Origin: an uncultured virus (IMG/VR IMGVR_UViG_3300019458_000025)
Lineage: Duplodnaviria; Heunggongvirae; Uroviricota; Caudoviricetes
DNA: 64,000 bases
Strand: one strand, 5' to 3'
IMG/VR virus record: IMGVR_UViG_3300019458_000025
This document shows positions 54,670 through 63,292 of the stretch, piece by piece (the stretch's first letter is position 1; the number at the start of each line of letters is the position of its first letter). The notes under the pieces are model-generated. The model saw only the letters and a program-made list of their open reading frames with translations. It had not been told where the DNA came from and did not search any database. A program made the position numbers and the translations under genes.

Positions 54670-54909
54670 ATGCGCAAAGCGCGCGATCTGTCGCCGCACG
54701 AACTGGCGGAGGTCGTTCAGATGGTTCAGGATCTCCTCTATCTCGACATTGACGAGCGCGGTCCCGCCTTCGAGTGGTACAACCGCGACAAGTTCTTCGA
54801 CGAGTACATGTTCCGGATGCTTCACGAACTGATGGAGAGGTTCGGGCTCCGTCCGGGGCGCCCGAGGACCCGGCGCGGACCTGCGGGAAAGCGGTGGAGG
54901 CGTCCGTGA
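54670..54909 (+). CDS. KRW-motif hypothetical protein
   Basis: C-terminal AGKRWRRP. Confidence 0.7.
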   Translation: MRKARDLSPHELAEVVQMVQDLLYLDIDERGPAFEWYNRDKFFDEYMFRMLHELMERFGLRPGRPRTRRGPAGKRWRRP

Positions 54910-55226
54910 CGAAGTACCAGGAATGGGTCTGGTCGGCGGCGATCGACATCGCCAGATGGAGCGGCCCCGCTTTTGAGCGGATGATAGGGGATTACGTCAG
55001 CGATTCCTACTGGTATACGGTCGAGGACCGGCACGAAACCGTGCTCCGGGAAACGCGGCATCCGCCCACGTTGGAGGACATCGCCAAGGGAGTCGGACCG
55101 CTCGATACCTGGGAGGCCATCAGAAAGTTCGCCGTGTGGCTCGCGATGACCCGCGATTTGGCCTGGGCGGTCAATAGTCTGGTCGGAAGAACGGGACGGA
55201 AACGCTGGACGCCCATGGAGTGGTGA
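54906..55226 (+). CDS. KRW-motif hypothetical protein
   Basis: C-terminal GRKRWTP. Confidence 0.7.
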   Translation: MTKYQEWVWSAAIDIARWSGPAFERMIGDYVSDSYWYTVEDRHETVLRETRHPPTLEDIAKGVGPLDTWEAIRKFAVWLAMTRDLAWAVNSLVGRTGRKRWTPMEW

Positions 55227-55228
55227 TC

Positions 55229-55690
55229 ATGGCTTTCGCGCGGAAACGCTGGGGACGAGGCGCTCTTGAGGCCATGGCCGACGATCTGGCCAGGGAGCGC
55301 AATAAGGCGGACGAAGCCCTTTCCGAGCTTATGGAGATCGAAGAACCGGACGTAGAGACGGTCCAGGAGATCGGCATCCTGGAAGGAACGATCGACATCT
55401 TCAGTCAGATCATCCAGGCCATCCAGCAGCAAGCGAGCAGACAGGACTTCCTGAAGATGGTCGATCTGCTGCTTCGCATGGCCGTGAAAGGCCAACGGGC
55501 GGTCACGGGCTATGACGGACAGGCCGAGCATTGGCGCGGATACGCCACGAACATCGCCTGGAATCCTCGGGCGTACGCCAAAATCGGCTTCCAGAGCGCC
55601 GAAATCGACGCCCTACTCAAGCTGAACCGGGATTACGATCTCGGTCTTGACCGGGTCCTCGTCGAGGAAGCGAGCCATTACATCTATTGA
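55229..55690 (+). CDS. KRW-motif hypothetical protein
   Basis: N-terminal ARKRWGR. Confidence 0.72.
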   Translation: MAFARKRWGRGALEAMADDLARERNKADEALSELMEIEEPDVETVQEIGILEGTIDIFSQIIQAIQQQASRQDFLKMVDLLLRMAVKGQRAVTGYDGQAEHWRGYATNIAWNPRAYAKIGFQSAEIDALLKLNRDYDLGLDRVLVEEASHYIY

Positions 55691-55733
55691 AAAACCTCTT
55701 CCTAGAAACTGTGAAGATTGTTACAATTGAGAT

Positions 55734-55985
55734 ATGCCGAACGGACCCTTGGACGAGCGCCAGGAGGAGATCGAGGAGATTCTGAGACGGTCGATCACGG
55801 CCTCAGAACTCGCCCGCAAGCTCCGCGTGGCCGTAGGCACGGTCTACCGCTGGCTCGAAACGCAGGAGGATATCCCGGTCCTCCTCATCCGGACCGGCCC
55901 TCGGAGGGAAACGCCGCTATTCCCCCAACCGGAGATCTACCAGTGGTTCGAGATGCACGAAGCCAGAAGGAGAGGGCCGAAATAG
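55734..55985 (+). CDS. HTH DNA-binding protein
   Basis: ITASELARKLRVAVGTVYRWL. Confidence 0.75.
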   Translation: MPNGPLDERQEEIEEILRRSITASELARKLRVAVGTVYRWLETQEDIPVLLIRTGPRRETPLFPQPEIYQWFEMHEARRRGPK

Positions 55986-55995
55986 GCCGGAACCT

Positions 55996-56475
55996 ATGTA
56001 CCTGAACGAGTTCCTGGGGCGTCTGGGCACGATGATCACGACGACGACCCACACTCACTCGAAGGAGACGACCTACGACTCGGACGGCTTCAGCCCCTTC
56101 GAGTGCTCCTACTACCAGGAGCCGGTGATCGACGACCCGGAGAACCTGGAGGACCGGGGGTTCCCCCAGGTCCCGGACTCCCCCTTCGAGCAGATCCCGC
56201 CCTTCAAGGCCCCCAAGCGACCGCCGAAACCGCCTCCTCCGCCTCCGGTCAAGCCGCCGGTCCATATCGTGGCGCCGCTTCCGCCGAGAAAGCCGCGCAA
56301 GCTGCCGCCCGCGGTGCCCCCGGTGCCGCCCGCGCCGCCCCCGGAGGAGATGTGCTGCGTCCCGCTTGAGCGCGTCCAGGATCTTGCCAAGACCCTCCGG
56401 GAACTGGCCGACGAGCTTGACGAGGTCTGCAAGGCCCCGGGTGGGGGCGCCGTCCGCGAGTCCGAGATCTCGTAA
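55996..56475 (+). CDS. MY-start Pro-rich protein with SPFEQIPPF module
   Basis: Paralog of 56487..56873. Confidence 0.75.
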   Translation: MYLNEFLGRLGTMITTTTHTHSKETTYDSDGFSPFECSYYQEPVIDDPENLEDRGFPQVPDSPFEQIPPFKAPKRPPKPPPPPPVKPPVHIVAPLPPRKPRKLPPAVPPVPPAPPPEEMCCVPLERVQDLAKTLRELADELDEVCKAPGGGAVRESEIS

Positions 56476-56486
56476 CGAGGAAGATC

Positions 56487-56873
56487 ATGTACACCAATAT
56501 CGGCGACCTCGGCCAGGGCCGGACGCCCCGCGCCTTTCCTCCCGAGATCCTCATGGACACGGACGAGATGAGCCCGCTCGACATCGACGAACTCGTGAAT
56601 CCAGAGCCCGTGATCTTCGAGGAGCCCAAGGAACACGTCGAACGCGGGATTCCCGGAGTCCCGACCTCCCCGTTCGAGCAGATCCCGCCGTTCGAGCCGG
56701 GATGGGGGGTCGAGGAGGCCGAAGGCGCGCCGCCGGAGATCAAGAAGGAGATGTGCTGCATCCCCATGTCCCGGATGAGGCGCGTGGCCGACGTCATCAA
56801 GAAGCTGGCCGACCAGATCGACGACATCTGCGAGACGCCCGCCGGGGACGAGGTCGCGTCGGAGGAGCTATAG
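56487..56873 (+). CDS. MY-start protein with SPFEQIPPF module
   Basis: GAGG RBS; EMCC.P motif shared with upstream ORF. Confidence 0.78.
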   Translation: MYTNIGDLGQGRTPRAFPPEILMDTDEMSPLDIDELVNPEPVIFEEPKEHVERGIPGVPTSPFEQIPPFEPGWGVEEAEGAPPEIKKEMCCIPMSRMRRVADVIKKLADQIDDICETPAGDEVASEEL

Positions 56874-56875
56874 CC

Positions 56876-57052
56876 GTGTACGTGAACGCGCTTCCCGGAT
56901 ACCCGCGCGAGCGGAGGGACGTCTACGACCGGCTTTCAGGCGAGTTCCTGAGCGAGGAGGAATACGTCCTCGGACATATTCCCCCGCTCCCGGCCGAGCT
57001 TTGGGACCCGGCGAGCCCCGTGGAGGCGGACGACGGAACGAGCGTCGTATGA
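56876..57052 (+). CDS. Small MYVN-start protein
   Basis: GGAGGAG RBS, GTG start. Confidence 0.6.
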   Translation: MYVNALPGYPRERRDVYDRLSGEFLSEEEYVLGHIPPLPAELWDPASPVEADDGTSVV

Positions 57053-57063
57053 GCCGCATGTAC

Positions 57064-57330
57064 GTCAACCACCCCGCCCTAAAGGGCGGGGCTTGTGAAA
57101 GGAGGTGTATCACAAGCCCACGTTGACCAGACTAAGCTCGAAGGATGTACAGCTTCGAGCTACGTTCGGCGGGTCATGACACCGGCGGATGCGTTGCCAG
57201 TCCGCCGCTCTGTCGTCCGGCATTAAAAGGCTGAGGGTGTAGGCCGGTGTGCCGGGCATGACAAGCCCGCCGAACATTGTCGAGGCGAACTTTACCCCGA
57301 AAGGGGCGGCCCCGTTATGGGGCATTTTTT
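57064..57330 (+). ncRNA. omegaRNA scaffold (HEARO-like) upstream of iscB
   Basis: GTTGACCAGACTAAG..CTACGTT..CCAGTCC..CTCTG..CATTGTCGAGG pattern. Confidence 0.75.
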
Positions 57331-58667
57331 GACGGAGTAGCGATGCAGCGGGTATTTGTTCTTGGCATGGATGGAAAGGCTCTCATGCCCTGTCGTCCAT
57401 CGAGAGCCAAGGAACTGCTCAAGGCCGGGAAAGCCGTTGTATTTCGTCGCTATCCGTTCACGCTCATCATGAAGAAGCAGACCGGGAAACAGGTTCAGCC
57501 GGTCGCCTTCAAGGTTGACCCGGGCAGCAAAATCACAGGCGGCGCGTTGGTGGCGGACTTCAAGCGCGGCAAGGAGGTCATATGGGCGGCTGAAATCGAG
57601 CACCGGGGACAGGCGGTCCGGGACAATCTTCTGTCGCGAAGGGCCTTGCGCCATGGGAGAAGGAACCGCAAGACGCGGTATCGGAAACAGAGATTCCTGA
57701 ATAGAACGCGCCCGGAAAGCTGGCTCCCTCCAAGCTTGAAGAGCCGGGTTTCAAACATCGCAACGTGGCTCTCGCGCCTCCGGCGCTGGAGTCCGATTTC
57801 ATCGGTTGCCATGGAACTGGTCAAGTTCGACACCCAGAAGATGAAAAACCCTGAAATTTCCGGCGTCGAGTACCAGCAAGGGACGCTCGCGGGATATGAG
57901 GTTCGCGAGTATCTCTTGGAGAAATGGGGTCGGAAATGCGCCTATTGCGGGGTCGAGAATGTCCCCTTAGAGGTGGAACATATTATTCCCAAGAGCCGGG
58001 GAGGTTCAAACGGGGTCTCAAATCTCGCGGTTTCCTGCGAGCCATGCAACAAGACGAAAGGAAATAGCACGGCGGCGGAATTCGGGCATCCCGATGTTCA
58101 GGCGAAGGCGGAAACGCCGCTCAAGGACGCCGCCGCCGTCAACGCAACCAGGTGGAGGCTGTTCGAGAGATTGAAGAAGGCCGGTCTGCCCGTTGAATGT
58201 GGAACGGGAGGCCGGACGAAGTTCAACCGTACGGTCCAAGGCTATCGAAAGGCGCATTGGACGGATGCCGCATGTGCCGGGGTGTCGGGGAGATTCGTAC
58301 GGCTTGACCCCCTCATGCTCCCCATTCTCATCAGAGCGGTTGGGCACGGAATCCGTCAGATGTGCGGCACGGACAGGTTCGGCTTTCCAAAGCGCCATCG
58401 GATGCGCCAGAAGTCCCACCATGGCTTTCAGACGGGCGATATAGTGCGCGCCGTGGTTCCGAACGGGAAAAGGAAAGGGACGCACATAGGCGTTGTTCTG
58501 TGTCGGGCCTCTGGAAGCTTTGATATTAAAACCAGGGGCGGACGCGCGGCGGGCATCAGTTACAGACATTGCGTGGTTGTTCAGCGGGCTGATGGATATT
58601 CGTATGCTGTAGGAGGCGGCGCTTCCTTCCCCGGCCTGAAGGCTGGGGCTTCCGCGCCGTCCATTTG
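57064..58667 (+). mobile_element. Non-autonomous IS200/IS605-family IscB element
   Basis: Left end GTCAACCACCCCGCCCTAAAGGGCGGGGCTTG; right-end hairpin CCCCGGCCTGAAGGCTGGGG; no tnpA inside. Confidence 0.88.
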
Positions 58668-58671
58668 GTGA
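57343..58671 (+). CDS. iscB: IscB RNA-guided endonuclease
   Basis: (P)LMP domain, RuvC-I VDPGSK, Arg-rich bridge helix, ELVKFD, HNH, HWTDAAC. Confidence 0.93.
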   Translation: MQRVFVLGMDGKALMPCRPSRAKELLKAGKAVVFRRYPFTLIMKKQTGKQVQPVAFKVDPGSKITGGALVADFKRGKEVIWAAEIEHRGQAVRDNLLSRRALRHGRRNRKTRYRKQRFLNRTRPESWLPPSLKSRVSNIATWLSRLRRWSPISSVAMELVKFDTQKMKNPEISGVEYQQGTLAGYEVREYLLEKWGRKCAYCGVENVPLEVEHIIPKSRGGSNGVSNLAVSCEPCNKTKGNSTAAEFGHPDVQAKAETPLKDAAAVNATRWRLFERLKKAGLPVECGTGGRTKFNRTVQGYRKAHWTDAACAGVSGRFVRLDPLMLPILIRAVGHGIRQMCGTDRFGFPKRHRMRQKSHHGFQTGDIVRAVVPNGKRKGTHIGVVLCRASGSFDIKTRGGRAAGISYRHCVVVQRADGYSYAVGGGASFPGLKAGASAPSIW

Positions 58672-58886
58672 ACGACCTTGAGTCTCCGCCGAGGAACGAC
58701 GAGAACGCGACCTGGTCCGGGGATCTCAATAACCCCCGGGAGTACGACGCGCTCGTCAATCCGGAGCCCGTCATCTACGAGCAGCCGGAGGGCGAGGACT
58801 GGGAAGACGAAGGTTTTCCGGACGACGCGATTACGCCATTCCAGCAAATCCCGGCGTTCACGGGGGGCCTGGCATTCGTTCTGTGA
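58668..58886 (+). CDS. 3' part of MYVN-start gene interrupted by the IscB element (first two codons at 57058..57063)
   Basis: LVNPEPVI..GFP...TPFQQIPAF module. Confidence 0.7.
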   Translation: MNDLESPPRNDENATWSGDLNNPREYDALVNPEPVIYEQPEGEDWEDEGFPDDAITPFQQIPAFTGGLAFVL

Positions 58887-58907
58887 AGGGCGTGGCCACG
58901 AAAGGCG

Positions 58908-59777
58908 ATGCGGTATCGACGGCTTGGAAAGACCGGCTTCAACGCCTCGATCCTGGGGCTCGGGGGAGAGTCCGCCCTCTACCGGCGCTCGGATAAGGCG
59001 ATCGCGATCATCCTGCGCGCCCTAGAACTCGGGATCAACTACTTCGACACGGCGCCGCTTTACGAGGAATCGGAACTCAACTACGGCGAAATCCTTCCCC
59101 GTCACCGCGCGGACATGTTCATCGCGACGAAGACCGACCAGCGGAGCTACGGGGACGCCTGGCGGCAGTTCGAGCGCTCGCTCAAGCGTCTCCGGGTCGA
59201 TCGCGTGGATCTCCTCCAGATCCACCACCTCGACTACCCCCACGAACTGGACGAGATCTTCGATCCCCAGGGCGCCGTCCGGATGGTCCACGAGGCCAAG
59301 GAACAGGGATTGGCGAGGTTCGTGGGCGTCACCGGGCACACGGACCCGGACGTCCTCCTTGAGTCGATCGAACGCTATCCCTTCGATACCATCCTCATGG
59401 CGCTCAACCCGGCCGAGGTCCACGTCCATTCGTTCCAGGCGGAGCTTCTTCCCCGGGCGGTCCGGATGGACATGGGCGTGATCGCGATGAAGGTCTTCTC
59501 CAGGGGGATCTTCTTCGAGCGTCTTCCCTGGGCAGCCGACCTCCTTCTCGACTACGCGCTCACGCTCCCGATCGCGTCGGCGATCGTCGGGGTCATGAAC
59601 GAGAGCCAGTTGATCCGGAACGCAGAGATCGCCAGCCGCTGGAGCGCGATGCCGCAGGGGGACATGGAGGAGCTTGAGGAGGAGAGCCTGCCGTTCGCGG
59701 CCGAGATCAACTTCTACCGGAAGGGCGCCCGCGGGCCCTTCCCGACGCCGGAGACGATGATCGCCAGGGTCCATTGA
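58908..59777 (+). CDS. Aldo/keto reductase
   Basis: YRRLGKTG..GINYFDTAPLY..IATK..SLKRL..DLLQIH..IAMKV. Confidence 0.92.
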   Translation: MRYRRLGKTGFNASILGLGGESALYRRSDKAIAIILRALELGINYFDTAPLYEESELNYGEILPRHRADMFIATKTDQRSYGDAWRQFERSLKRLRVDRVDLLQIHHLDYPHELDEIFDPQGAVRMVHEAKEQGLARFVGVTGHTDPDVLLESIERYPFDTILMALNPAEVHVHSFQAELLPRAVRMDMGVIAMKVFSRGIFFERLPWAADLLLDYALTLPIASAIVGVMNESQLIRNAEIASRWSAMPQGDMEELEEESLPFAAEINFYRKGARGPFPTPETMIARVH

Positions 59778-59787
59778 GGAAGAGCCC

Positions 59788-60102
59788 ATGTACGTAAGCG
59801 GCGCCGAGGAAATCGCCTCGAAGGGGTTCGGCTTCGAGACCACGAGGAAAGGCGTCACGCTCATGACGACGCCCACGGGAGAGCAGGTCGCGCTCACCCA
59901 GGAAGAGGAGAAGGATATCGCCAAGGAGGCGCTCCGGGACAAGCTCAAGCTCCAGATGACCGAGGGGTACCGGATGAAGGACACGGTCATCAACTCGGTC
60001 CTGAACGCGGCCGGATACGCCGTAGGACTCGGGATCGCGGGACTCGCGCTCGCCTTCGTCGTCAAGTGGACCGGCATCCGGAAGCCGAAGGTGAGCATTT
60101 AG
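59788..60102 (+). CDS. MY-start protein with C-terminal TM helix
   Basis: GAGG RBS. Confidence 0.72.
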   Translation: MYVSGAEEIASKGFGFETTRKGVTLMTTPTGEQVALTQEEEKDIAKEALRDKLKLQMTEGYRMKDTVINSVLNAAGYAVGLGIAGLALAFVVKWTGIRKPKVSI

Positions 60103-60113
60103 AGAGGAAGGCG

Positions 60114-60410
60114 ATGGTCTACGTGGACGACGTGTCCGACGCGGGCTCCTCCCACGCGGAGATCGTGGGCTGGCTCAACCGGAACCGGAAGACCGCGCCC
60201 AAGGGCACGGAAGGCTTCAACGTGACCCGCGGAGTGACCGCGCGGAAGTTCGTCGAGGTAGCGGTCAACGTCTACGAGAACATCGCCGACTACAAGCGGC
60301 GCTTCGGCGAGTGGCTGAAGACGCTGGTCGCATCGGGTTTCCCCTCGGACTGGACGAACCTCAACCGATACACGTTCCGGAGCGTCGGGAAGAAGACCCG
60401 GCTCACGTAG
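60114..60410 (+). CDS. Hypothetical protein (MVYVDD start)
   Basis: GAGGAAGG RBS. Confidence 0.7.
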   Translation: MVYVDDVSDAGSSHAEIVGWLNRNRKTAPKGTEGFNVTRGVTARKFVEVAVNVYENIADYKRRFGEWLKTLVASGFPSDWTNLNRYTFRSVGKKTRLT

Positions 60411-60419
60411 GAGAAGGCC

Positions 60420-60662
60420 GTGAAAAGGAAGGGCAGGAAGCGCTGGGGGCGCGCGTTCGTGAAGTTCCTCCTGGTCGCGGAAATCGAAGTGGAGAAGTCG
60501 GACGCTGCTCTCGAAGAAGCGCAGGACTTACTGGACAGGTTCCGGGAGACCGTCCGCCCGAGCGCCGAATGGGGTATAACGCTGGCTCGGGCGACCCGCA
60601 AGGATCTGGAGGGAGATCCGGATCTCCTGGTTCACGGAGTCTCCATGTTCGAAACCGACTAG
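60420..60662 (+). CDS. KRW-motif hypothetical protein
   Basis: MKRKGRKRWG. Confidence 0.7.
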   Translation: MKRKGRKRWGRAFVKFLLVAEIEVEKSDAALEEAQDLLDRFRETVRPSAEWGITLARATRKDLEGDPDLLVHGVSMFETD

Positions 60663-60670
60663 GGGGGGCC

Positions 60671-61009
60671 ATGAGCGAGTACTGGGACGACATCGAGACG
60701 ATCGCCAAGGAGATCCGGGAAGAGTACCCCGATCCGATTCGCGACCATAACAGGCGCGTCGAGCGCGTGAGCGAGGACGTGGACGGCTCGTCCTGGATCA
60801 TCTACTACGACCAGAACGAGACCGTACTCAACGAAACCGAGAACGAGCCGGACGATAGCGACGTCGCGGCCATGGCCGGACCCGATCGGGGCTGGAAGGA
60901 TCTCCGGATGATTGCCGCCTACCTGGCGATGGAGGGCGACGTCTGGCAGACGCTTAACGAACTCGACAAGGAAGCCGAGGAATCCGAAGAGGTCGAGGAA
61001 GGATCGTAA
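60671..61009 (+). CDS. Acidic protein resembling Ocr-type DNA mimic
   Basis: 112 aa, strongly acidic; SEDVD....IIYY; acidic tail. Confidence 0.55.
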   Translation: MSEYWDDIETIAKEIREEYPDPIRDHNRRVERVSEDVDGSSWIIYYDQNETVLNETENEPDDSDVAAMAGPDRGWKDLRMIAAYLAMEGDVWQTLNELDKEAEESEEVEEGS

Positions 61010-61028
61010 GTCATTGAAGGGGTGAGAC

Positions 61029-61757
61029 TTGTACATCGACGATCTCGGAAGGCGCGGCGGGGGTGGTCGGCCGGGAGGCGGACGTCCGGCCGGGGGCCGT
61101 CCTGGCGGCGCTCGGCCTGGCCCAGGGCCGCGTCCAGGCCGCGGGATGGGTCCCCGAGGCCCCGGAAGGCCCGGCCCGCGTCCTGGGAGGCCCCCGGGAC
61201 GCCCTGGAGGCCCTCCTGGACGCCCGGGAAAGCCCTGGGGAAGGCCAGGCGCCCGTCCTTGGCCTCCAGGCTGGCGGGAACGCTTCCGGCATCGTCCGCG
61301 GCGTCCCCACCACGTCATCCAGACGGACCTCATTCCCTGGTACGTGACGAGCGGCTACCTCCAGCCGACTCCGTACGCGGAATGCTACTGGGTCTGTCCC
61401 CCGGACGGGCAGTGCTTCTACTTCTGTCCGCCGGACGGCTATTACTACCCGCCCGACGTGCCGCCGCCCGGGTCGATCGTGACCGAGCCGGAACCCGGGG
61501 TCATCGGGAGCCTCCTGGTTGGCCCGGACCAGAACTACGTCCCGAGCGGCCTCTGGGGCTTAGGGGACGCGCCGCACATGGACCCGGGCGACGATTCCCT
61601 CTTCGGAGCCGAGGACGAGCACGAGATCGACCACTGGTCGCTCCCTCAGACCGCGGAGATGCAGTTCTCCATGGAGCCGACCTATGGTCTTGGACCGGAG
61701 CACAAGCCGAAGTATCCGGTAACGGTCAGCCCCTATAAGGTCCGGCGAGAGTCGTAG
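61029..61757 (+). CDS. MY-start protein with Gly/Pro/Arg-rich repeat N-terminus
   Basis: (GRPG)n region then Cys/Tyr/Pro-rich domain. Confidence 0.72.
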   Translation: MYIDDLGRRGGGGRPGGGRPAGGRPGGARPGPGPRPGRGMGPRGPGRPGPRPGRPPGRPGGPPGRPGKPWGRPGARPWPPGWRERFRHRPRRPHHVIQTDLIPWYVTSGYLQPTPYAECYWVCPPDGQCFYFCPPDGYYYPPDVPPPGSIVTEPEPGVIGSLLVGPDQNYVPSGLWGLGDAPHMDPGDDSLFGAEDEHEIDHWSLPQTAEMQFSMEPTYGLGPEHKPKYPVTVSPYKVRRES

Positions 61758-62498
61758 ATGTACATCGAGCAGGGCACGATCATCGACGTCCCCCGTGAAC
61801 GGTGGCCCATGGAAGGGCGACCGCCCGAGGGACAGTTCGTGCCGCTCGATGTCCTCCCGCACGGCCGCGTCGGAGGAGGTCCCATGCGTGGATTCGGAGA
61901 CATCGCGCCGATCCCGGCCGACTGGGTGGTCGAGAAGTGGTTCGCCCAGTACGCGAGGGAAGACGATCTTCCGGACGGCATGGTCGGCTTCGGGACCGTG
62001 GTGACGCCGAGCGGCTACGAGACCGTCGAGATCCTGGTCGATCCGGATTACGGCTTCGACGAGTTCAAGGCGCGGTTCGCCCGGTGGCTCCGGACGCCGC
62101 CCAAGAGCGGCCGGTTCGCGGGCGTCCCCATGTCCGGCGTCCTCGTAGGCCGCGTCACGATCTCGTGGTCTTCTCCCGACAGCTACACCTTCCGGCACGC
62201 GAGACCGACTCCTCTTGCGGGCGACGAGGACACGGACGAGGTCATCGACATCCCCTGCTATTCGATCCCCGGGGAAGGAAAGATGCGGCCGATCTACAGG
62301 GACTACCCGATCACGCCGCCCTTCTACGTCGAGTTCGCGGGACCCAAGACGAACCAATGCTGCAAGCGCGCGGGCCCCTTCGGGACGATCGACGAGGCCA
62401 CTCGATACGCCGGAAAGCACGGCGGATACAAGGCCGCGCCGCGCGACGGCTGGTTCCAGGTCTTCGATTCCAGGGGACAGATCGCGCTCATCACGTAG
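61758..62498 (+). CDS. MY-start protein, C-terminal domain shared with 63293..63901
   Basis: PPFYVEFAGP....GPF....EA.RY. Confidence 0.75.
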   Translation: MYIEQGTIIDVPRERWPMEGRPPEGQFVPLDVLPHGRVGGGPMRGFGDIAPIPADWVVEKWFAQYAREDDLPDGMVGFGTVVTPSGYETVEILVDPDYGFDEFKARFARWLRTPPKSGRFAGVPMSGVLVGRVTISWSSPDSYTFRHARPTPLAGDEDTDEVIDIPCYSIPGEGKMRPIYRDYPITPPFYVEFAGPKTNQCCKRAGPFGTIDEATRYAGKHGGYKAAPRDGWFQVFDSRGQIALIT

Positions 62499-62506
62499 CT
62501 CCGGAC

Positions 62507-62731
62507 ATGTACCTGAACGTGGTGGAAAGGTTTATGGGACAGACGGCGCAGCCGACGACGACGCTCTTCGACAGCGACCGGCACACGATCGTGGACCACG
62601 ATCCTCTCGTGGACCCGGAAGGAGTGCTCCTCGATCCGCGAGAACCCGAAGATCTCGGATTTCCCTTTCAGCCCGTGTCGCCGTTCGACCAGGGCTACGA
62701 GGTGATCAATCCCGTGGAATCGTTCAGGTAA
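62507..62731 (+). CDS. MY-start protein with diverged SPF module
   Basis: LVDPEGVL..EDLGFP..PVSPFDQ. Confidence 0.68.
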   Translation: MYLNVVERFMGQTAQPTTTLFDSDRHTIVDHDPLVDPEGVLLDPREPEDLGFPFQPVSPFDQGYEVINPVESFR

Positions 62732-62746
62732 TCCGAAAGGAAGCCT

Positions 62747-62953
62747 ATGGCCAGGAGAATCGTGCGGGAGACGGATCACTACATCGCCGAACCGGCCAAG
62801 AAAGGCGTACGGATCACGGCCAAGGACCCCGGGGTTACGCCGAAATCCCGCGTGGTGAGCTTCGCCACATGGGAGGCCCTCGAAGACTACGACGACCACA
62901 CCTTCGATGCGGCCGTCGTTCTTGAGCTTGGCATCGGCACGTTCGTGAAATAG
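62747..62953 (+). CDS. Hypothetical protein
   Basis: AAGGA RBS. Confidence 0.65.
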   Translation: MARRIVRETDHYIAEPAKKGVRITAKDPGVTPKSRVVSFATWEALEDYDDHTFDAAVVLELGIGTFVK

Positions 62954-62962
62954 ATCGAGAAG

Positions 62963-63292
62963 ATGATGAAACTCTTCGCGGACAAGGTTCGGGAGATGAT
63001 CGAAGTGGACGACGATGTCGTCGTCGCCTACGGGTATACCTTGGACCGGAAAACGCTTCTGATCTACTTTCATGAATGGCGTCTGGTGCGCGAGACCATC
63101 CATCACCGCCGGGGCGGCGAAGACGTGTCCGAGATCGAAGAGAGCGAGTTTTTCGAGCCTGAGTTCTTCTTTCGGAACGTGAAGCGCTGGTACCTCGGGG
63201 AACCGGGGCGCGGGCTAAACGAGAACCTGGCCGCGCTCTTCGAGACGTTCGGACGGCCGCTTTCGACGACCCCGGGCGGGAGATACCCGTAA
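62963..63292 (+). CDS. KRW-motif hypothetical protein
   Basis: NVKRWY. Confidence 0.68.
   Translation: MMKLFADKVREMIEVDDDVVVAYGYTLDRKTLLIYFHEWRLVRETIHHRRGGEDVSEIEESEFFEPEFFFRNVKRWYLGEPGRGLNENLAALFETFGRPLSTTPGGRYP

Noticed and set aside
61055..61275. DNA repeat element
   Set aside because: Low-complexity coding (GRPG)n region with synonymous variation.
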